From the human T2T-CHM13v2.0 reference genome, Homo sapiens, in the NCBI RefSeq assembly GCF_009914755.1, contig NC_060931.1: a DNA stretch of 64,000 nucleotides; one strand, given 5' to 3'. The notes beneath the pieces were generated by a model that was not told where the DNA came from, searched no databases, and worked only from the letters and a program-made list of their open reading frames with translations. Shown piece by piece: positions 54,071 to 64,000 of the stretch (its first letter is position 1; every line of letters begins with the position of its first letter). The translations under genes and the position numbers were made by a program.

Positions 54071-54527
54071 TGTAAGAAAACATTTTAAATGGTCCATTTT
54101 CAAGGCATGATAAATCTAAGTATGAGCAGCCAGCCTGAGAATGTAACCAACCGCAAGTTCATGCGTCTAGAAAGTCACAATAAGCGAACACAATGTAGAG
54201 TGGGGGTCAGCCCATAAAAGGGAAGAAAATTTTGTTATTGGGAAATCGAAACTTAAGCAGGGAAGGGGACGGGGTATAACCTTAAAGGAAGGTAATGAAA
54301 CTTAGGTGACGTCAAGGAAAATTGTAACCCCATATTACTCGACCACTGAGAAACTGGGGAGGGACTTCCATGCTAGGAGATAAATTACCTGCTGTACCTG
54401 CCCCGGGTGTGCCTGCCTACAAGACGCCCGATCTTCCAAGACCGCCATTAAAAGTCTCGCTTCTGCTGTTTTTCGTGTCTCCGAGCCCATTCTTTGGGTT
54501 TGGACGGGTGAATGCGTGTTTCTCACA
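54071..54527 (+). mobile_element. Solo LTR (tentatively LTR47-like), antisense to COBL
   Basis: TG...CA termini (tgtaagaaaac / gtttctcaca), TATA-like gataaat, ATTAAA near 54447; family name uncertain. Confidence 0.75.
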
Positions 54528-54712
54528 GTCAGTACCACCCTACAGAAAGACAAGGACGCACAGGCTCTGCAGCAGCCTGCCTGCCCTGCTACCCACCACC
54601 TGCTGCGCGAACTTGCTCAAATACCAAACCTCTCTGTGCCTTGGTTCCCTCATTTTAAATGGGATAATGATAGCATGCCTACTGCAGGGTTGGTGTAAGA
54701 ATTAAATGAGTT

Positions 54713-55001
54713 GGCTGGGTGGGGTGGCTCACACCTGTAACCCCAGCACTTTGGGAGGCTGAGGCAAGCAAATCACTTGAGCCCAGGAATTTGAGACCAG
54801 CCTGGGCAACATAGCAAAACCCCATCTCTACTAAAAATACAAACAAATTAGCTGGGTGTGGTGACATGCACCTGTGGTCCCAGCTACACAGGAGGCTGAG
54901 GCAGGAGGATTGATTGAGCCCAGTAGTTCGAGGCTGCAGTGAGCTGTGATCGTTCTACTGCACTGCACTCCAGCCTGGGCAACAGAACAAGACCCCATCT
55001 C
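54713..55001 (+). mobile_element. AluJ lacking a poly(A) tail
   Basis: Ends gaccccatctca then unique sequence. Confidence 0.92.
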
Positions 55002-55191
55002 AGATCCACCCTCTGTCCTCCTGGGTTCCCTCCTAGGCTGAGAGAGGCCTGGGAAAACAAGGCTTAAGTACTAATACAAAAGAACGACTTTAATTCCGCA
55101 GAATTTCAGGAGGAGTGAAGGAAATGGTGACATCCTGATCTTACAGGAATAATTTGGGAGCACCTGGCACCTTGCAAGGTTTGCCAAATCA

Positions 55192-55581
<390 letters not shown>

Positions 55582-56251
55582 TTATTTGGTCACTGTAATA
55601 AAGCAGTGCCGACCCCTGTGTGTAAGGGGCATGTTTGCTGGAAGCAGTATCCCGGCTGGTGTCATCCTGGCAGATGGAGGAGGAAAATTCTAATTTAAGT
55701 GACATGTCGCCATTTCAATCCCAAATCCGAAACAAGAAAAGAGTTCTCCCAGGGACTGCACAAACCACACATCATAGGCCTGTACCCAAGGTATAGGAAG
55801 TTTTTACTAGTCATTTGCTGTTAGATAAATATAAAATCACTATATTTTCTGCCATCGATTCTGCTTTATTCTTGAGGCTCCTAAGCAAGGTTGAAAAGAC
55901 TCCCATCAAATGCTGATGCCTTAGGTCAACCAAATGATTCCCTGCAGTTCTTGATGTTCCACTTGGTAAAATGAAAGGCCTCTTCACAGGTGGGCACAGG
56001 CATGCTGGCAGGGAAAACAGTTTCTATCATCATCATTCTTGTTAATTACAGAAAGAAAAATACTGGGCATGCTTCATGGAAAGTTATGAGGAGAAACAAA
56101 AGTTGCTGTTTAAGTCCTTTTTTTTTCTACCTGACTGAGAACAAAATGCCCTGAAACAGAATACTAATGTGCTCCTAGTTTATTTTCATTACAAATTGAC
56201 AGCTTATAATCGTATAAATTTATGATACAAAGTTGATGTTATGATCTGTAA

Positions 56252-56632
<381 letters not shown>

Positions 56633-57514
56633 CTAGTATTTTTAAATAGAGGTTTTAACATGGAGATCTCTTCATATTTTCCAATATGTATATCCCAGTT
56701 CAGTAAATATTATACAACTACATGGTTTCATATTCCCACTTCAGTAAATATCAATATTTGTTAAGGATTAATTTTTCTGCTAAAATTGTTTTAGCTAGAA
56801 ATATGTGCAGACGTTTATAATCTTTTTACTTTTTTAAAATAATGTGGGAAGATACTGCTTCTTTTAAAATTGTACACTGGTGCATGTATACAAGTTGCCA
56901 ATCACCAGTACCAACATACCATGGGCAGACCTCTCACCTCTCCGTACCCGGGCTGCACTCAGGACCCAGAGAGAGCAGAACCCAAAGAGGCCCTTAGAGG
57001 CACAGGACAGGATCCACCTCACAGTCCCCTGGGGAATACAAGATGCCAAAGCAGCAGGGAATCTCCTTAATAAACAGGAAGGAAGATATGTAAATCAAGC
57101 CAAGAGATTTAATAGCATCTGCCACTTGCAGCAAAATATCCCCCAGTCCAAGAGAATGGGTGTCCTGCTAGCAGCCACCACTTCCCACTGATTCTTCCTC
57201 CTCCTGCAGTGTCATCCTTCCTGCAGCCCACCCTCTCCCTCAGCAGAAACCTGGAGTATGTCTTCAGAGGAAAAGAGAATATTCCACTGCCTACATGTTT
57301 CCATCCTGCCTGGTGCCTCTAAGTCAGATCCAGGGCTCACCCAGAGGCCACGCTTCCAGCCTCCAGCACTCCTAACTCTGTTCCTCTTCCCTGCCACTGT
57401 GGGCCAAGCTCACCAAGGATCCTCGGGCCAACATTCTGATTCCCCACCCTCTCCTGACAGCAGCCACTCTCCTGGTGGCATGAGTGGAGGCTGGCTCTGC
57501 CTGTTTTGGGGCTT

Positions 57515-57830
57515 TGTATCATGATATCTGGCTTCTTTTGCTCTGAGGCTCATCCGCTGCTGTGTGGCTCGTTGCTGTGCAGTGGCACTCGGTGTGAATA
57601 CACCACGCTTTATGTGCTGGACTGTGGAAAGGGATTCGGTTGGGGTGAGCCTGGGGATGCTGTCAACAGTGCTGCTGTGAATACTCACGTGCATGGCTTG
57701 GTGCAACTGTTGGAGGTGCACACAGTTGGAGGTGCTTGGGTCATGGGGTGTGTGACCAGCTATTGAAGTCGCTGGCAAACAGTTTTGCAAAGTGATTGTT
57801 TAGAAATCCTTATTCTCATTCCTTCTGTTT
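57515..57830 (-). mobile_element. L1ME-type fragment, unusually GC-rich
   Basis: gtgtgaatacaccac, agtgctgctgtgaata, tgggtcatggggt and caaacagttttgcaaagtgattgt align in order to the antisense L1M 3' region. Confidence 0.7.
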
Positions 57831-58135
57831 GCTTTTCCCATCTGCAAATTCCAAACATGTATTCCCATCCTGTGGCCTCCTGGGTTACTCCACCTTCGTT
57901 CCCTTCCCTGTTAGCAGATGATCTTACCCCATAACTCAGAAAAAGTGGAGGTCCCAGGCAGGAGCCAGCTCTCAGACACTGGGCCCCATTCTCCAAAGGA
58001 AAGCTGCTTCCCCCAAACTCAGCCCTCCCTGGGGCGCTGGAGCCAGCCTTGGGGAGGTCACCCTGAGCTCTTGTATAGCTCTCCAGTACCTCCTTATCAA
58101 AGACACCTGCCTACTTCTCCCATCATGGAGCCGTC

Positions 58136-58162
58136 ACACAAAGATACACACACTGACACATA

Positions 58163-58206
<44 letters not shown>
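58136..58206. repeat. (CA)n microsatellite
   Basis: CA run. Confidence 0.95.
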
Positions 58207-58209
<3 letters not shown>

Positions 58210-58210
<1 letters not shown>

Positions 58211-59200
58211 GCCCCATGAAGTTTACTGAAAGAACTGGTTCCACTTCAACTTCCTTTTCCTTAGTCTCGGTCACCCCACCTTCCTTGCCACTGGCCTCCT
58301 GCCTAGTGTGGCACCTGTGTGAATGGCCCAGTGTTCTGATGGTCACATCCAAAGGTCCTGTGAGTTCCCACCAGGCAGCCTCTTCCCTCCTTGCACTATG
58401 CGAGTTTCTGCACACTCTCGGGCTGCTCCCCATCCTGGGCATGGTGCTCCGCAGGGCTGCCTCTTCTCTTCATCTCTGGTTTTCATCCATTCTTATTTCC
58501 CCAACTACCACCTACTGGTGGTCATTTTCAAACCACCTGTGTGAATGCACCACCCTGTGAGCTCCAGACAACTGCCAGTGCGGTTCCTGTAGACATTTCA
58601 GCTCCAACTGGTTCTGCATCATCATCTGCATCTGCGGACCCTTCTGGATAATCTTTAAAGGTTGGATTCTTTGCCACTTCCATCTCGCTCGCCACCTTCA
58701 CTGCACTGCTCCTGAAGCACCTCAGTTCTTGCTGTGACAGTCCTAAAATCCCATCTCCCTCCTTGCCCCCCACCCCTGGCTACCCCTGCTTTTATTCAGG
58801 CCCTTTGCATTTCCTGCCTGAGTTATCTTAAATGCTTCTTCCCTCTCTGTCGTTCTGTCTCTCAGAGTCAGTTACCACTGTGCTACCAGGCTCGATCACT
58901 CATTTATTTCTCAAAAATTTTACTAAAAAAACTGACTACATGCCAGGCACTGTTCTCCACAAAGGAAGGGGAGCCTCAAAAAAGACAGCAAACTCCTTCC
59001 CTGCACTCACAGAATGTATGTCTCGTGAGGGGAAGACAGAAAGAAACCACTGCATCATGTTAGTAGTGCCACCTTCCACAGAAACGAAAGGCAGCCACAT
59101 GTTTCCGTGGCTGAGGATGGAGCGCTGAGGCAGTGAAAGAAACAGGCCACCTGTGCAAAGGTACGAGGAAGAATGACACAGGCGAGAGCAAGGGGATGGA
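58210..59200. mobile_element. L2 fragments (sense to ~58880, then antisense)
   Basis: gagctccagacaactgcc..tagacatttc; ctacatgccaggcactgttct. Confidence 0.55.
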
Positions 59201-59217
59201 AACTGCTTGGCCTCTTC

Positions 59218-60615
59218 TTTTTTCTTTAAAAAAATTGATACATAATAATTGTACATATTTATGGGGTACATGTGGTATTTTGATACAAGCTTACAATGTG
59301 TAATAATCAAACCAGGGTAATTGGGATATCTTTAACCTCAAACATTTAGCATTTCTTTGTATTGTAAACATTTAAAATCTTTTCTATTTCAAACTATACA
59401 ATAGTTATTGTTAACAATAGTCATCCGACTATGCTACCAAACACTAGAACTTATTCCTTCGACCTAATTGAACTTTTATATCCATTAAGCATTCCCTCTT
59501 CCTCCCTCTCCCCTCCACCCTGCGCAGCCTCTGGTAACCACCAATCTACTCTCTACCTTCATGAGATCCACTTTTTTAGCTCCCACGTAAGAGTGAGAAC
59601 CTGCATTATTTCTCCTTCTGTGCCTGGTTTATTTCACTTAATATAATGGCCTCCAGTTCCATCCATGTCGCTGTAAATGACAGGATTTCATTTTTTCCTT
59701 TATAGCAGAATAGTACTCTATTGTGTATATATACCACATCTTCTCTAACCATTCATCCGCTGACGGACACTTAGGTTGATTCCATATCTTTATTTTATTT
59801 TTCAATAAGTTATCGGGGTACAGGTGGTATTTGGTTACATAAGTTCTTCAGTTGTGATCTGTGAGGTTTTGGTACACCCATCACCCAAGCGGTATATACT
59901 GCACCATATTTGTTGTCTTTTATCCCTTAACCAACCTTCCACTCTTGCCCACAAGTCCCCAAAGTCCACTGTATCATTCTTATGCCTTTGTGTCCTCATA
60001 GCTTAGCTCCCACATATCAGTGAGAACATACGATGTTTGGTTTTCCATTCCTGAGTTACTTCACTTACAATCATAGTCTCCAATCTCATCCAGGTCACTG
60101 CAAATGCTGTTAATTTATTCCTTTTTATGACTGCATAGTATTCCATCATATGTATATAGCACAGTTTCTTTATCCACTCATTGATCGATGGGCATTTGGG
60201 TTGGTTCCACGATTTTGCAATTGTGAATTGTGCTGCTATAAACATGCGTGTGCAAGTATCTTTTTCGAATAATGACTTCTTTTCCTCTGGGTAGATGCCC
60301 AGTAGTGGGATTGCTGGATCAAATGGTAGTTCTACTTTTAGTTCTTTAAGGTGATACCATATCTTGACTACTGTGAATAATGCTGCAATAAACATGGGGG
60401 TGCAGACATCTCTTCAACATACTAATTTCATTTCTTTTGGATAAATACCTAGTGGTGGGATTGCTGCATCATTTAGGTTTTTGAGGAACCCCCATACTAT
60501 TTTTCATAATGGCTATACTAACTTACATTCCCACCAAGAGTGCATAAGCATCCCCTTTCTCCATATCCTTGCCAGCATTTGCTTTTTCTCTCTTTGATAA
60601 CAAGCCCTTCTAACT
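59218..60615 (-). mobile_element. L1MA 3' region interrupted by an L1PB insertion
   Basis: aattgtacatatttatggggtacatgtg 3' end; element resumes at ~60351. Confidence 0.88.
59791..60350 (-). mobile_element. L1PB 3' end nested in the L1MA
   Basis: ggggtacaggtggtatttggttacat; TSD gattccatatctt / gataccatatctt; ORF 60003..60395 is the ORF2 C-terminus. Confidence 0.88.
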
Positions 60616-60849
60616 TGGCCTTTTACATACTACAAGAGGAACAGATGGGAGGCCAGTATGGCATTATTGGCATTGGAAAGAAGCTTGGTTTGTATTCACT
60701 GTCACTAGCTGCATAATTGTAAGCAGGATCCTACTCAAATGGTGTGTGCAGTGTGGCATCCTGCTCTTCCAGTGGCCCTGATTCTCCCCGCCGGCCCCAC
60801 CTCAGCCTCAGCACGGAGTGTCCTCTCTCGCTGAACTGTCCTGTCCTCA

Positions 60850-61105
60850 CGACCCATCCATCCTTCAAGGCCCATCTCAATACTACATGTCACAGAAAAG
60901 AAACAGCTGCCTCTCCCCCGTGCCTGGGCCCCTGCATGCTCCTTGACTTCATGGTAACATCTGTGTATCTTCTTAGACGGGGCCTCCTCAATACCAGGAG
61001 GAGCTGTATCCATCTGTGCTGCTCAGCACTGTGCAGTGCCAGCCAGGGCATGTGATGGGCCCCAGCAAGTGTTCACAACTAGGAGATTAAATGAGTGCAT
61101 TTCTG
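60850..61105 (+). mobile_element. L2 3' end
   Basis: catccttcaaggcccatctcaa...cagtgccagc...aatgagtg..tgaatg. Confidence 0.65.
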
Positions 61106-64000
61106 AATGGCAAGACTGGGCAGAAAGGGCCTGTGTACATAATGCGATTTATTTATTTTACTCTCTTAACACTTACTTCACAGGGACATATGGTAAAGTG
61201 TGTTCCTAGGAAGAGGTGAAGATTAGGTAATATCCTCATCAATATCATCAAAGGAATCCAGTTCACTTGCATGGCACGGGGACCACTAAGAACAAGTCCA
61301 GGCAATTTTCAGGTGGATGTCTATTTCTATTTTTACTAAAGACTCCCACACACATAACAGTCAACTGTACAAGGCTTGGAAACAATTTAATGGTTGCAAA
61401 AGCATAAGAGAGGAGAAACTAGAATGCCATGAAGTGGGATTACAAAGTAGATTCTGTACATAGAGTAAGTATCTTTGCTATACATCAGCATTTCTATTCC
61501 AATTCATCACTGATGGAAATTGTATTGCTCTCCTCAGTGTCCTGTGGATTATTTTTATTTTTTGCCCTAAAGAAACATTGGAAGCAAAGGACCACAGAGA
61601 ACTTCTAAGATATGGACCATTTAAAAATATATAGTTTATGATTAATATGTAACTTAAAAACTACTTATTAACACAATGTTACCTCCAGAAGCAAGCAGTG
61701 CTTCATGATCAATGAGCACTGTTTCCTTTCTAAGCTCCCATTCATGTTGGGGTGTCCCTGCAGATGCATAGGTTACAATATTCACTTCTGCACACAGATC
61801 TTTCAGGGAGTTTCTACAGATCTCTTTCCTGAGCACCAGTATTTGACTAATAGCTGAAATCCTCCCCTCATTTAGGCCTTGCATGGGGTCGGCTGTCCTT
61901 TGCACCTTTGGGTCTCATCAGAAGTAAAACTAGTCTGGCCTTGCTTTGCAGTCCACAGAGGAGGGGCCCTTGGGGTCCTTGCATAAGAATGCTGGTGCCT
62001 AGGGCTTAGGTCAACGCTGCAGGCAGGAAGGCACAATCAGGTTTCTCATTAGCTTCAGTTGCCCCATCTAGATCTGTTTTGAACATAATAATTGTGCTCT
62101 TGATGCCAACAGCTTCAGACACTTCTTAGACAAGCATACTCAAGTATCATCTTCTTCCCATATGTGGCAACCACAAACAAAATATAAAAACTCCTACAAC
62201 CGAAAATAAATTTATTAATGGTGATGTGCTCCCATAAGACGTGGAAGCTGCAGACATCTTAACCTTCCGGAAATGATAAAAATCCTTTGGCACAGGTCTA
62301 GGGTGTGAAATGCACTCCCTCTGCACAGTAACATCTCTTGGAGAGGTACTGGTCCCACACATCCAGGGAATAGACTTCCACCCAGGATGACAGCTCATTT
62401 GGAGCATCTATGCTTCATCACAAGTTTCTAGCAGGATTCTGGCAATATTCTTAAGAGAATGGCAAAAGCAGATGTGTCAAGTGCAAAGGTGCAAAGTACT
62501 ACTCAGAATATATGAAGGAAATAAAATACAAACCACATAAATAAGGAAGACTTACCAGGCTTACTGTTCTATCAACTGTTAGAACTGTATAATGAAAAGT
62601 AAAAGCTTTTATGAGCTACCATGGCTATTGTTTATAAAGTGTCCATTAAGAAATCTGACTCTTCATTTTGTCTAATCTCTCTCCAATAATATTCTATCCT
62701 CTCTTAAAAAACATTGTTAAGAAAGTTTTTAGTCACTGGAAGCTTTTACTGTCACTCAATTCCACGGCTTAAAATTACTAAAGTGGTTCCTTAACATTTA
62801 TTCCTTGGCAAATGTAGAAGGCTAAATAGAAAAACACAAAAATATTGTGCTTCTTTTATTATAATTATTTCTACCAAAACAATAGATTTTGGAAAAAAAA
62901 TATGTCTGAATGAGTGCTTTTTAAAGAAATCAGTCCTTTTCAATATTATTTGGAATAAATTTCTCTTCCATATCAGAAATGTGTTATTTGCTGTTCTCAG
63001 CACTTAATGGTTTAGTTTATGAGAAATATGAAACAAACTTGAATTTGATGAAATTAAGTGTGGTTCTCTTCACATAACCTAAGGTTGTCTGTTTTATATT
63101 CATTGTCTAAAAATAATCAAGGCCTGTGATTGCGCTGAAAGATTTCCAACTGACCTCAATCTATAGACACAAATCACTCCTTGCCCTCTATAGTTACAGG
63201 CCAAATGGTGGCCTTGGGAAATGTGCGTGTTTTCTAGGTTATTCCGTGTGATCCTCTCAGTACTGACAATTAGATATTTTAAAATGTGGCCAACACTCTG
63301 AACTGCTGTGAAAGATCCAAAACCTAGACTTTGGGTCTACATAAGCGATCTCCACCTTTATATGTGCAGGGAGCCTGCTGGGGAGGTCTAACACAAGTCT
63401 ACGCTTGCCACAAGGCTGGAAGCTGGGGCGGCCCCTCCAACACAGTCAGGAGGGGGTGACTCCTAACACAACAGCAGAACCCCCAGGGATGACTTTTTTC
63501 TCAGCTCCACCCATCAAAGGCAAATCAGTGTGAGGAGTCCCCTGTCTCTCTACCGTGCTGCCCCTTCCTCACTGTTATACACGGTCAAATTCTGAGGGCT
63601 GGTTCTTACGTACTCCAGAAAAAAAAAAAATCCAGAGATAATAAGTGTTTCAAATTGGGTATTTAACATAAGAAACATTTACTAAAACAAAAATCTCATA
63701 CTTAGAATAAAACTTTAAAAAAGGAAAGAAATCACAGTTAGCCAGAATCTCATCCTAATACTGTTTCTATAAGACAGTAAATCTGGAGAGAGATGAGAGA
63801 AAAGACTAACCTGGAAGTTTTCTTACAGAAATGATGTATCTGCCATTCTCTGTCCTTGATCAGAAGTTTGTCCTGACCTCAGGCCTTTGCAATAGGGGTC
63901 CCTTGCTTGGGATTTTCTTCCCCCAGATTGTCACAAGGCCAGTTCCTCCTAAGCATTTATTCCTTAGCACAGAGCAGAGTTCCTCAAGTTGGAATTGAAA

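Noticed and set aside
56860-58780. Dense cluster of 60-126 aa ORFs on both strands
   Set aside because: Explained by GC-rich L1ME/L2 remnants and a CA repeat.
60003-60395. 130-aa ORF with clear protein homology
   Set aside because: It is the L1 ORF2 C-terminal remnant of a truncated L1PB.

Overview
Primate (very probably human) genomic DNA lying entirely inside the COBL (cordon-bleu WH2-repeat actin nucleator) gene on the minus strand; in human this is 7p12, recalled from memory. Identification rests on a 139-nt exon (34409-34547) that translates to [46 protein letters not shown], the third KRRAPxPP motif exon. Downstream of it in transcript order are a 171-nt in-frame proline-rich cassette exon (32301-32471) and three phase-compatible candidate alternative last exons (acceptors before 22592, 14658 and 3012). 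The last exons would give WH2-less truncated Cobl. The rest is intron rich in repeats: about 13 Alus, MIR/L2, MaLR and ERV-L LTRs, DNA transposon fossils, and a 9.6-kb full-length ancient L1 with intact TSDs and five nested insertions. The supplied ORFs are almost all spurious. There is no CRISPR array, structural RNA gene or new protein family. The most unusual signal is a 44-nt duplication plus inverted filler at the acceptor of the 139-nt exon, which creates two identical 3' splice sites and mutually exclusive RNA hairpins. Repeat subfamily names come from remembered consensus sequences and need RepeatMasker/Dfam confirmation.
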